Position numbers and translations under genes: made by a program. Under the pieces are notes generated by a model that saw only the letters and a program-made list of their open reading frames with translations, made no database searches and was not told the origin of the DNA. Below, piece after piece: positions 28,003 to 40,710 of a DNA stretch of 64,000 nucleotides (within the stretch, counting starts at the first letter, position 1; every line of letters starts with the position of its first letter). This DNA is from Camelus ferus (taxonomy: Eukaryota). The stretch is from NCBI RefSeq assembly GCF_009834535.1, contig NC_045696.1, forward strand, positions 21,702,001-21,766,000, in the 5' to 3' direction.

Positions 28003-28619
28003 GTATGTTTTCTTTTTAAGAAAATACTGCTTATCCATTAACCTCTACAGTTGGATTCTACAAATATGAAAGGAAGATTAGTCCTGTAATTATTAGGGCA
28101 GATTTTGGTACTTTTGGGTTATGATCTCCTGGTGATTTCAGCACCTCTGTCTCCGTCCTGGTTAAAAGGAAAGTTAACATGCAGACCTTTGTTTTTGTTT
28201 GTTTAAATTTGACGACTTTTAATAACTTTAAGTCTAGGACAACCCATATGCAGGAAGAAAGCACAAAACACCACAAAGAGACAACAGCCCACACCAGGCA
28301 CATTAGCACCATTCTTATTAACTGTTCTATTCTGTAGGTTGCCTACATACAGAGGCACCGTTATGCTCATTGATAACTCACATTCTTAGACTTAATCCTT
28401 TGCATTCTTGATTCTTCAGTATCTACTACTCCTCCTGCCTTGAGTCTTCGATTCAGTCCTACTCCAAATCTCTATAACATTATGAGAAATGGCTAGTTTT
28501 ACTCCGTCCTACTTTTATTTCAAAGAAAATATTGAATGCAACTTCTTATGTGCCACGCACTATAACTGAGTGCTGTCAAACAATCTTAACAAAGTTAGAA
28601 TTAATTCTACCTCAGCCAC

Positions 28620-28740
28620 GGGAAGGTTGAGGCTTGGAGAGGTTAAGTGGCTTCCAAAGTTCCCTATAAACACCTAGTACGGGCTAGAGCTGTGTTTTCA
28701 ACCTAAGTCTGTCTAATTCTAAAGTCAATGCTTTTCCTCT
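28620..28740 (-). mobile_element. MIR SINE fragment
   Basis: tgaggcttggagaggttaagtggcttccaaagt...aacctaagtctgtctaattctaaagtcaatgc. Confidence 0.65.
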
Positions 28741-29309
28741 TTTTATAAGAAAAACAAGTAAACAATTAACGTTCACTTACAGAATTACAATATGGTGTCT
28801 GTGGATAAAACTACTGTTGGTGATGTTTTAACTGTCTGATAAGCCAGCTTAGCTTGGCCCAGTCCCTACCTGGCCTTAACACTCTATCCAAAACAGTTGT
28901 AAGATGGAAGGGAGGATGATGGAAAACAAATAGCAAAAGAAACAAGCCAAAGAAAATAGTTTCTGGGGAAAGAAGTAGAAAAAAAATGCCTAAAGTTATC
29001 GCTGAACTTGAGTTTTCCTTCTTTCAAAGACTAAGCTTACAAGCTATGCTCTTCAGAAAAGATTTACTTTCTTTTTATTTGCTGTATTGCATATCTCTGC
29101 CCTTTCCACTTTTATACTGATATGAAAGAGCAAAATTCAGCCTGCCAAATTTGTATTTTTCAACTTAAGACTTCCAATATACCCTTAATAAAAAATACAA
29201 CCAGTCTCTAAACTCTAAATGTTAAGAACATTGCATGTTTAGTTTAGAGTCATTTTTTACTTTTATCAACTTAGGTCAAAATGACTCCATCTTGATCTAA
29301 TCTCTTTAG

Positions 29310-29442
29310 TGCGTCTTTTCAATGGTACAACAAGCAACAGTGGTTTGGTGCAATTCAGAATCCAGGGCGCATGGCATGTAGCTTGTGCTGAGAACTGGAC
29401 CACCCAGATCTCAGATGATGTTTGTCAGCTGCTGGGACTAGG
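29310..29442 (+). CDS. TMPRSS15: Enteropeptidase exon (~exon 18), SRCR domain: RLFNGTTSNSGLVQFRIQGAWHVACAENWTTQISDDVCQLLGL(G)
   Basis: ctttag|TG ... GG|gtaagt; 133 nt, phase 1-2; SRCR W...C...W......VC..LG motif. Confidence 0.97.
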
Positions 29443-29534
29443 GTAAGTCATTCTACTCTGCTCTCTTTTAAATTATTCTCAAGCTTTTTTATGGGTCTTA
29501 AAGTGGGTTTATTAAGAAATTTAAAATTTCTGAA

Positions 29535-30035
29535 AATTATCTATTTAGAAAATACACATATTCAAAAGGAAGAAAATAAAAATCTAGCTTAACCCCATTC
29601 TCAAAAAACAAGCACAGTTAATAGCCTTTTTATAAATATTACATAAATACAAGGATATAGTAATAGTATATTATAAAATTACACAAAATATCATATTATG
29701 CTCTGTTTTTTAGCCTACTTACACATGAACATTTCTCATAGCATTAAATATTTTCTATAGATTATCATTTTTAAGAAAATGAAATATTCCATTTTCTGCT
29801 ATATGGTGTAATATATATATAACTAATTGCAAGTGTACTTTAGAGAATATGCTTTTGCTGTATCTTCGCAACATGTTTATAATAGTTCTTTTGGGAAATT
29901 TGTAGCAGTATAATTGTGAGAAAGCATATGCAAAATTGCAAGACTTTCCCAAGAAGGGTGATGCAAGTGATAATTGCATGTTATGGACTCACCAAAACTT
30001 TATTATACCTGCCAATTTAATGTCATAATATATTA
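29535..30035 (-). mobile_element. Old L1ME/L1MC-like 3' fragment
   Basis: gaagaaaataaaaatc...catgaacattt...attaaatattttct...atattccatt pattern of antisense L1ME. Confidence 0.5.
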
Positions 30036-33000
30036 CATCAAATATATAAGTTCACCATATTCATTTTTTTACCTTCCCATCAATCTCAAAAGTGATAAGA
30101 TGAAAATGGGAGGTAATAAGTAGTGAGGATTTACTTCTTTTAAGTTGTATAATCAGTCCACTCTAATTCACCATTCTGACCCTTCGTTATTCATGATTTT
30201 GGAGATCTAACCAAACGCGGTCAGATGTGAACGTTTATCACTTATAGCACTGTATCATTACCAGGCTGGCCTGTCATATTCAACTACAAAGTCTGTAAAT
30301 GTAAGAACCATGTCTATTTTATCATTGTTGCATTGCTAATATCTAGACTTACCTTTGTCTCAAAATACAGGTGCTAAATAATCTGTTGAAGTACTAAATT
30401 ATTCGTTATATAAAATATATATATGTATAAATATATATCTAACTAAATATATGTTAAAAGTATACATTTCTATATTTGTCAGTTATAAATCATTATAATT
30501 TCCTTTCTGTCCTGAACTGGAGAATGATTTTCTAAATTATTTTAAAAGATTACATAAAATTACAAAGGAAAATAATTTAAGTCCACATGCACACATGCCC
30601 CCAGCATTTCCCTGTTTATCTCAACTATTCTTAGTTCATCAAAATCAAATTTAATAGCTTTCCTCATCAGGGGACCTCTCTCTGATTAATAATTCATATA
30701 ACAGTCTTCATGCTATACACAGATTTTTAAAAATTGATTTCAAAATGTTTATTTTCTAACCCCCAAACCTATGTTCCACTAGAAATAACATTAGTGAAGT
30801 GTTTCAAAGTGTTTTTTTTTTTCAACCCAAAACATTATTTTCCACTAAAAATAATGTTAGTGCAGTGGTTAGGTCCTGGTGTCGCCGTAATAGCTGTTTA
30901 ATTCCCAGTAGACTGGGAGAGTTAAATTGATTACTAATGCCAAGATAGTACCTAACCACCACATACAGATATTTTACAATAAGAAAATTTGTTGAGGTCC
31001 CAGTCGGAGTATCAGAAATGCTCCATAACTTCCTGCAATTGGATTGAGAGCTTTCGACTCCCTTTACCTCCTCTAATGTTACCCATTCAGAACAGGAACT
31101 CCCCAGCTCCGAGTCTCATCCAAGTGATCTCAGCCTCATCAGAAAGGCAATTCCTATCAAGATCCAAGGGAGGAAGTGAGTTTCGTCATCCAGTATGTAA
31201 ATCATCATCAATTTGGTTTAGGTGTATTAGTCGGAAAATTCCTGCACTTTATATATATTTATCCCTTTAATTACACATTGCAGTTTGTGTTCTACCAGAA
31301 ACCCTTTCAACATGGGGGGCTTTGAGACATAGAGTCTTGGAGGAAGGTAGGTCGTAGGGAGAATACTGTTTTTTGATGAAGAATCCACACAACACTGAAA
31401 AGGACAGTTGTTTATCCTCACTTCAAGTAAAGCGCTGGGTAAGTGGCTTGGATTCCAGATTCCTACCTTAATGTTGACTTCAGTTCAGTAGTGAGTTCAT
31501 ACAGCTGCGGCCCTTGGAAGTCGTTTGTTTCCCCTTCTAAATCTGCCAATAAAACGGAGGAGCTATTTTACAAACTGAGAAACTTAGTAAAGTTTAGGCT
31601 GACGAGATAGGTTACTTGACATTGTGTCCCCAGCTGATGAATCCAAATGCCCTGGGTGACTGGGCTCTTCCTGCACAGGAGCCTGTGGTCCAGTTCATCA
31701 CCTTCCTAAGCAATCACTATATGATTAGAAACACAGGCATGCTTTCCATTGTGGTGTTCCCTAGAGGACATATGGGGTTAAGATGAACCATTTACAAAGA
31801 TCAAAATGATCAACATCTTCTTCGGCAGAAATGTTTCTTAATGCATTTGAATAAAAATAAAATATGATAGCATGCTATTGACTCCCGTTATGTGAGAGAA
31901 GATATTAGAAAGGAAATATTTAACTTTATTAACAGTTGCTAATATAAATATATGATTTTGATTACTCCAGGTCAGAAATCAAAGCATTGGCAATCATATT
32001 CTATCTGTTCTTCAGATAAATAAGACATGGTTTTGGCTTTAAATGCTTATGTGGTACAGATAGTCACATCAATAGATAATTGCAATATAATGTGATAACT
32101 ACAACGTGCTATAGGAGAACCTATATGCAATTTGTGCATGTCAGGGAAGGCTCTCTAAGACAATGGCTAGTCCAGTGGCTTGCGCCGTGTGGATGACAGC
32201 CAATTCCACACAGCTGTATACGATCTATTTACATGTTTTTCCCCGCAGCCAGATTTTGCTCTCTGGTTCACTGACCTTATTTCTTATGAATCACAGTCCT
32301 TCCAGATGGAGACCGGGACAGAGAGCTAAATTTTTTACTGGGTGTAAAGCTAGTAGTACATCCCACTGCCTTCGATACAGTATTTTTGATAAAGGTCAGG
32401 CGCTTGCTTTCTTCAGAAATGAGTCAGGTCATCTCTGCAAAGACTTTAATCTGTGGGCCTGCACTTATTACATGGTCTCCATAGAGCTCTAGTAATTGAA
32501 AGAAAGTTATAGCCTTAATGAGAATTTGCCTAGACTGGTGCATGGTAACCAAAAGAAAACTTAGCGAGTTCAAAATGATGTGTTTGGTACAGTGGAAAGT
32601 AATTTAGGAGTCGATTTATTAAAAAGGCACTGGAGTCTCTCAAGATTATTTATGCAGATAGGGCACAAAATGCAGTTCCCCACAGATTCTGGTAAGTCAT
32701 ATGAGGCAGATTTCATCAGCCTTCCCTTTTTTAAATGAAATATTTTCATTCCCTGACACTTACAGCATGCATAAGTAGAAGGTACTTTGAATAACATTTT
32801 CATGTCTCTGATCAAAGTATGAAAGAAAACATTTTATACTGATGCAGAAATAATCGTTAAGGAAACTTAGAGTAGTGATTTTTAAAATGAGATTTCCTAG
32901 GAAAGCACACCACCCTGTTACTAACCCAGTAAATGACCTATGCGGTTGATTTGCCCCGCTAAGCCAGTAAAAGCTAGAAGTCATCAGGGTCTGTACAGCT

Positions 33001-34130
33001 GCACAAAATTTAAGAAATACTAATGTTTTTTTTTAAAAATAGAGCTAGATATATGTATCCCCATCAGGCAGTGCTATAAGGAGCTGGTGCTCATGTTTAA
33101 GTCCCATGATAATCCTGTGCTAGGTATCTTCTGTTCAGATACCAGAAACATCACACTGACTCTCTTGTTCTGAAACCCAAAACAAGAAATGGAATTCCTT
33201 CAAGGTTCTTCCATTCCAGAGGTGTTTTGAAAATGTTGGTGGAGAATGGAGGGTAAGGGGTAAAATTTTTTTTAATTAGTCTTACAAATAAATAGAGCAT
33301 GATAATTTAACTTCCTGTATAAGCACCACCACAGAGTTGCATTCACAATTCAGCACTGAAAATAGTTTTCTGGGAAACTGAAAAATGGAACCTGTGCTTC
33401 AGATGAGTTTAAGAAATTGGTGGACAAATTATGTTCTTGTTCATATTTTCTGTCAGTGTCCCCAGCTTTTCAGCTATGTGGGCAAAGCCTTAACAAAACT
33501 ACAAAAGTATAGGAATTAGGTGAAAAAAATATAATGATGACCTTCAATTCTGAATGATTTTATTTGCTATCTTGACACAAAAATATGTAAATAACATTTT
33601 CTGGTTTTTTAGTTTTAATATTTAGTTTTTTAATTTATAAGTTCAACACAAAAAGGAAATTTTAATTTTATTCTTAGCTATGTTCCTGGGGAGGGATGGG
33701 TAAGGCAGTGGGCTGGTGGGGCAGGGGCAGCTGTGGGCAAGATCATGGAAAAAAATTTTTATTTTACTTGGTTTAACTGGCCAAGCTAAGAAGCTCACCA
33801 TTTGCCTGAATTACAATGTATAACTCTGATTTTTTTTTCCTATTTCGGAATTAGAAATGCATTAATTAAGAATAAGTAAAGAGAAAATAATTAATAGCAA
33901 ACTATAGTCATCGTATAACTTCCTGAGAGTAATCTTTAATAGGCTTATTATCTAACAGGGTTGGGGAAAGCACAGTGGTTGGGTAACTATATTTGCTATG
34001 AGCAAGGGAGTGAAAATAAGAGAGCCACTGACTTGTAATCCAGGAGCTAGATCGGCAGCTCCCAAACCTGGTGATACGTTAGAGTCACCTGGCCGTCGTC
34101 CCAGACATTCAGACTCGGGGCGGTCTAGGT

Positions 34131-34323
34131 CAGTGATTCCCACTGTGTGATTTTAGAGCTAAATTTCTGCATCTGCAACACCTGGGATGCATGTATACAA
34201 ATGCTCGTGCTGGAACCCCACTTCAGACAAGCTCATCAGAAAGTCTAGAGCAGGGAGCAGCAATCTGTTTTTGAACAAGCCTGTCAGGCGATTCGGTTGC
34301 TGGTTAAAGTTTGAGAACCGCCG
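34131..34323 (+). mobile_element. MER5A (hAT-Charlie MITE), near full length
   Basis: cagtgattc...cacctggga...cagcaatctgtttttgaacaagcc...aaagtttgagaaccgccg. Confidence 0.75.
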
Positions 34324-34328
34324 TCAGG

Positions 34329-34835
34329 GTGGGTGTCCTTAATCTTCTTCTGTGTGTCATGGACCCTTTTGGCAGTCTGGTGAAACTTACCAACCTCTTC
34401 TTAGGTACATATTTTTAAGGGCATAAAGTAAAATAGACATAATGGCAAAAGGAAATTCATTACATTGAAAAAAGTTATCAAATTATTAAATTACAAGTTA
34501 TCAAATTATTAAAAATACAGTATGGTATTATATATGTCTTTATTAAGGTAATAAATACGATAGACCGGTGATTCTCATGATTACTCTAAACCAAGATGAG
34601 AATAAATGATACTTTTGATGTATGCAGTAACTGCAGTGTGACCTGAAGATCTCTGTCATTTGTTTGGGTTGCAAAATTATAGGTGTTGCTAATAATACTG
34701 TGGTTAGATGGAAAGCCTATATTTCAATTAGAGGTTAATAAAATAAAGTGTCATTATTTTTCCTCCAACTATAAGCCCCCTGCATGTTAATCATGGACCA
34801 CTAGGGGCACTGTAGAACCCAGACTGGAACCTTGG
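34329..34835 (+). mobile_element. Charlie4a-like hAT DNA transposon, near full length
   Basis: tcatggacccttttggcagtctggtgaa...cataaagtaaaatagacata...catggaccactagggg...aacccagactggaacc. Confidence 0.75.
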
Positions 34836-34999
34836 CTGGAGTGAAGCCCAGAGAGCCTGGGTCTTTAAAGATAAGTAGTTGTCTCATGTCAAAGGAACCT
34901 GAACCTTTGTGTACTTGTTTCAGTAGAAAACACACAAGTTATACAAAACGTCTCTAAAGTTTGGCAGTTTGATTTCATCTGGTATTAAAAACAAAGTCA

Positions 35000-35079
35000 G
35001 AGGTGGGCATAGTTCAGTGGCAGAATGTGCGTTGAGGTCCTGGATTAGACATCCAGTACCTCCATTAAAAAAAAAAAAA
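35000..35079 (+). mobile_element. Vic-1-like camelid tRNA-derived SINE
   Basis: gaggtgggcatagttcagtggcagaatgtgc...gaggtcctgg...ccagtacctccatt then poly(A); probable TSD aaaaacaaagtca / aaaaaaaaagtga at a TT/AAAA site. Confidence 0.75.
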
Positions 35080-38000
35080 GTGAAAATGAAATCAAACGTT
35101 TTTTTCCTACTGTAATCAGATTTAAATGCTTTATGTGAGGGCATCTCTGACTTAATCCAGGGGATTTCTTAGCTTGTCATTCTGACACCAGCCTATTTTA
35201 ACTTCTCAGGAAAACTTCTTCCTCCCAATAGATCAAACACAATTAGAGAGTTTCAAAAGACTACTGTAAATAGGACATCATTAAAAGGGTATATACATAT
35301 ATACATATATATCTCCATGGCTAAGTTTTCACCAAACACAGGCTGGTATTAATTGCTTGCTTGGAAAAAAATCATTCCCAATTTCTCCCACTATGTATTT
35401 GAGAACATTATTGGGACTTAAGGAACTCGTTTATTGAAATGTCATTTATTTTATTAGGGAGAAATCTCTTTAATTTTGACTTACACTCTAATTTGTAAGA
35501 GTTATGTGGCAAGGAAATTACCAAGAATATAATTATACATACAAAGAGTTAAGAAAATTGGTCAGTTGTGACTTATCTACCAATAAATTTTCTACAACAT
35601 AGCTATTTAGTCTCTAAAAATCTGTTACAGAGTTCGGGGGGGTTGTTTAATTTTTATTCGTTTGTTTCTTTTTTACTCAAAGGCCATTTTTTTCACTTAA
35701 AGTTTGTTACGTAAAAACAACAAAAAATTACGGTTTTCCCCAAACTAGAATATCCTCCACCATGCCCTTAAATCCTGTTGTTTGGGAAGGTGGAGGGAGG
35801 CTTCTAAATTCTAAAATAGAAACAGATAAAGGCAGGAAGGAAACTATCACCCCCTGAAATGAAAAACAAAAGTGTTCTTGTTCGTTCTGCTTCCCTTCTG
35901 AAAACTGTTTCCAACTGATCAGCCTGTAAAAAACTAATGCTGTATATTCTGTGAGCCAAAGACAATTTTGAATAAAATTGATAAAATCTAATGGAATAAC
36001 ATACTTTTTTCTCCTTTCCTTTAATTTTCCCTTCCTCTTTCTCTTTTCTATTTTCTTTCTTCTATATGTTTTGTTTCCCTCCTCATTTCCTTAGTCCCTT
36101 CCTTTTTTCCCCTTATTTCCTTCCATTCTCTCTTTTCCTTGCACCCTTATCTTTTTAAAAGAAACTGAGGTGATTTATAACAGAGTATATGCAGTAAGAT
36201 TAATAGAATAGTGATATAAATAAGGTCCAAAGAAATAAGGAGGTAAATTGATAAAACATGCAAGGTCAGCATAATTACTAATAATTGTGTCTGAGATTCC
36301 TGGAAACTGATGACACAAAAAAGGAAAATACTAAAAATTGCATAACTTTAATTATGAGACAAGATAAATAGTACCAATTCTATGGGGAAAACAGATTTTC
36401 TTCTGACATTAAATTCTAAAGGAAATTTTGCATGTATAGTCTTACAAAGTAATAATGCATTGAAAAAACATGCGCCCTGAGAACACGTCATAGTAAACAT
36501 GGAGGTTTAGATCATATGCCTCTTATTCAAAAATAAGTAAACTCCAATGGTACTGAGAAAATAATGTTACAAATGAATCAAGGATATACTACAAAGGATT
36601 AAGATTATTTTGTCCAAGATGCTATCCATGGAGATGCTGCCTCTGACAATCTAAGTATCACTTCCCTCAGCTGCAGTTTTGGTAGGAGATGCCAGGAGTT
36701 CATTTTCTTCTGAATATCGTTATGTCTGTAGGATAACAGAGAGCAGCGACCAGACTGACCCCATGGATTTCTGTCTTGTTCTTAACGCAGTGGCTTGCAC
36801 AAAGGGGGAAATTGATCAGGTGAAGATAGTTCTTTTCTGTTGACATTTTTTTTCCTTCTGTATATGTCACAAAATTTTGAGTTGAGATCAGAACATCTAA
36901 AATTAATTAAGCTTATCTAAGTTTGCTAAGAGTTATGATAGTGCTGAGTGAGTGCTAGATGTGTTGCTGTAAACATGGTAAATGAATAAGCAGTTGTGGC
37001 TGAAACGCATCCAGTTCAGTTGTGGTGTTTAGGACCTGCCCACGTGTCCTGACTCTCCTAGTGGGATGCGTTGCCGTCCTTTGCCTTGAATCCCTTTCAT
37101 TCACCACGCCCCTGCCTATGAAAATGCTCTCTCCCGCTTTCTGCCCTGCCAAATCAATGCCCTTCTTCCCTCCAAGCTGAAATGGAAAGCCCATCCTTCT
37201 CCAAAACCCTTTTCAGACTAATCCCACCTGGCTCAATTCATTACCTACAGCTTTTGGGTGTGACATGAGCGACAGTGCCTGGCTGCTGCATTTGCAGCAT
37301 TTGTTATTATTCTCTGCAGCTTTAGTGTGTCCAAAAGCTTAAAACATCCCTCCTAAGCTCCTGCTTCAGGGAGGAATTCTTATCACAGCACATGCAGTCT
37401 GAGTAGCGAGACAAAAGAGAGGAAACCTAAGCAGGGTCCAAGAAGAGAGGCAGATTTAATACTGTGCAAGACCCCTTGGGATAGCCTTCTTTTTCTCACT
37501 AGAATTCCTCTCTGCGTATATTTTTATGCCTTCATATATGACCTCAAAAATAATAATGGTGGGTTGCATGTGTATGCTTCTTTTCTCAGACAGAATAAGG
37601 TTCCCCTGAAGCCAGAGGAGCCCTCTGAGGGCGCACAGCCTATAAAAGTGGTAATAAAGGCTTGGAAACAGGCAGTCAGGAGGCATTAACATGTCATCAA
37701 GGTGCTGCTACATGGGCGCATTTTTAGGTAATACCAAACGACAGATTTCAAACAGTCATGCAAATGCATATACAGTTATTGAAATTTGCAGAACTGGAAC
37801 ACATTTAGGATCTTTTTTAATGCAAATTCTAGTTTTAATTTTGAGAGCATGCCTCTCTAAAATTTAACTAATTTTTTTGCAAGAAAAGGAAACTGAGGCT
37901 TGCTTTAATTATAGAACTTAAAATATATTCTCAACAGTTCAATTTTTCAGTTATTCTGAGATTTTTGTTTCTCAAAAATAGATGGTGACTTAACACATGG

Positions 38001-38949
38001 TTCCTAACCTTTTATTTTGCCGAGAACGTTTTAAATATATTTTTATTGTTTCAGTCATTTCTTAAAATAAGAAGTAGTTTGTCATCAACTTCTGCTGCCA
38101 CTTATATTCTGTTTACTGTGAATACAAACTGGAATAAATTGTGTTCAGTTCAAAAAAGGATGAGTTCAACTTGGCAGGATTTGAAAAGTACTCTGTCTCA
38201 AATTAAATTCCAAATTTTAACATCCAACACTGACACCTGGAAATGTGTTTATGAGCTGATGCCTCCGTGCACCACTCTGGTGTTGCAGATATCAATACTT
38301 AACAAAAAAATTAATTATGTGATTACTTTAGAAGCTTTTTCCAAAAGAATGTTTTACCCAGTTATTCTGAATAACCCAAACCCACATATCTACACCATTA
38401 ACTGCAGTCTATTTTCTCATATGAAGTTTGAGACTACAAATGTAGAACACACTCTTAGAATATAAACTGTACATGTGTCTTTTGTCCATATGCACACATA
38501 ATCTCTGTTTTTCTCAGCCAGGTAGGGAAAACATCACTGTGGTACAACACCTGAGAATCCTAGGGTGGAGCATTTAATATCTACTGAGTATTCTTTATTC
38601 TTAAAGCTTTGCCTCTAGCCTTCCTTTCTTCTAGAATAGGCTTATGTTAAAAATTTAACTGGCAATCCCATCACAGTGCAAGGCCACTGGTAGGTAAGTG
38701 CAATAAACAGATGCTAGATTAAACACTGATTTACAGATATTTCAGTATTTCTTGCAATTTAACTTTGTCTAGATTTTGTTTTAAATTTCCAGAGAAATAA
38801 AGGCAACCCCTCAATGTTGTCTTAAAAGAGATAGCCAAGCGATAGACTAAAACCAGTCAGAGACAATGGAGGAGTCTTAAATCCACAGCTTTGATGTATA
38901 TTTTTAAGAAATTACCTTTCTGGGTGTTCCTCCACATTATCATGAGTGC

Positions 38950-39361
38950 TGTCCAATGACAAAATGAAAATAATTTAATAACAAGTCTGATGTCCTTTAT
39001 TAAGGGTAAATAGCCCACGGACTTGGGGAGGTCTGTGCCTCACAAGAAGTAGGGCAGTCTTCCTGGGGGATTTGGGGTGAGAGTGACTTTAATAGAACAT
39101 TAGAAGAGGCAAGGAAGAAATGGTCTGATCGGCTACAAGATCCAGGAGGTGAGGACCCCTGATGAGGCCACCGGCTTCTGTTTTCTAGGGCAAGGATGGC
39201 TAGCTCAAGGTGAGCTGGAGGATTGCGATTGGTGGTATGTTTCCCTGACAGGGAGGCAGTTCTTGTACATGTGGGCTGACTTAGGTTTAGATGTGTGACA
39301 GCGGCCAGACCACTGGACGACCCCTACTTTGTGGGTCCTGATATATGGATTAACTCTGTCA
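38950..39361 (-). mobile_element. Probable ERV1-class solo LTR
   Basis: TG...CA termini on both strands; minus-strand AATAAA about 45 nt from the end; flanks gtgc/gttc (4-bp TSD with one mismatch); GC-richer than flanks. Confidence 0.5.
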
Positions 39362-39460
39362 GTTCCTCAAAGAGATTGCTTATCAGGCAGCCAGAAGTCA
39401 CTGTGGAAGCCAAAGAGCAGACCCCTGAACAAGTAAAGAATCAGATTTTATATTTGGCTA

Positions 39461-39647
39461 CGATGGTTGTTTGCCGGCTAGCAGGTACCAGAATCACCTG
39501 GAGGGTTTGGTAACAGGCTCATCACCGGACCCAACCCCCAGAGGTTCTGAATGGGTACGTGGGTCTGGAATGGTGCTGGACAATTTGCAGATAACCCCTG
39601 GTGAGGCTGATGCTGCTCGCCTGGAGAAGACACCTGGAAAGTCCTTC
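39461..39647 (-). mobile_element. MER5A
   Basis: cagaatcacctggagggttt...ccccagaggttctga...ggtgaggctgatgctgct. Confidence 0.75.
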
Positions 39648-40105
39648 ATCGTGGAGCATCAGGAACACAGAAAACCACCTAGGAGAACATCCAGCCCATA
39701 CAGGCATTCAGCAGAATACGGATACTGAGAACATGACCAAAGGCAGTAAAAGAAGACCCACAAACAAAAGGGAGATTGGAGAGTAACTAGGTTCCACCAA
39801 CTCTTCCCTCCCAGCAAATATTTGCACTAACCAACCAATTCCAGTGATATTTCTGGAGCCTGTAGGCAAAGTCAGCACAACTAGAACCTCTTCAGATTGG
39901 ATAGACATTCCTTGGTATTCTTAAAAGTCAAGATTAATGTGATGAATTGTACCAGGAGTTGCACCAATGGTAAAAATTAAAGTTCTCTAAAATCTATTTT
40001 GATCCACATCCTGTCTTCCCTAAATGTGTGAGTCCTTAACTAAAAGATTCCTGCAGTGGTGAAGTCCTTCCTGATCCAGAGCATTCCTGACTGCCTTTCG
40101 AGTTG

Positions 40106-40710
40106 TTTTTTTTTTAATTGAAGTATAATTAACTTACAATATTGTATTCGTTTCAGGTGAACAACGTAGTGATTCAGTATCTTAATAGATTACACACTGT
40201 TGGGGAGGAAGAAATATTCCTTTACCCTTCTATTGGGTCTACTGAGTGGTCTAAGAATTAAGTTAACATGAGACAGACTAACATTTTGTGTCTCTTAATC
40301 TCCTTCACCTAATTTCACCCCTCCCTCCATCCGTTTCCGTTCTGGCAACCCTTAGTTTGTTCTCTGTATCTGTGAGTCTATTTCTGTTTTGTTATATTTT
40401 TTCACTTGTTTTGTTTTTCAGATTCCACATATAAGTGAAAACACCCAGGATTTGTCTTCCTCTGTCTGACTTGTTTCACTTAGCATAGTACCCTCCAGGT
40501 CCGACCATTTTGTCACAAATGGCACAATTTCATTCTTTTTGTGGCTGAGTAATAGTTTGTTGTGGGTGTGTGTGTCCACATTTCTTCATCCCTCTGCCAT
40601 CTGTCGATGGGCAAGTAGTCTGCTACCGTATCTTGGCAACTATAAATAATGCTGCTGTGAATACTGAAGTGCATCTTTTCAAATTAACATTTTCATTTTC
40701 TTTGGATGTT
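40106..40710 (-). mobile_element. L1 3' UTR and ORF2 end, antisense, with poly(T)
   Basis: ttttttaattgaagtataattaacttacaatattgt...gattccacatataagtga...tctgacttgtttcacttagcata...aataatgctgctgtgaa. Confidence 0.88.

Noticed and set aside
34797..34812. CTCF-like motif CCACTAGGGGCAC (and CCACCAGAGGCAG at 782)
   Set aside because: Each is one G short of the core consensus; the first lies within the Charlie4a end
35000..35070. tRNA gene
   Set aside because: Anticodon arm incomplete, poly(A) tail and TSD present, so it is a SINE
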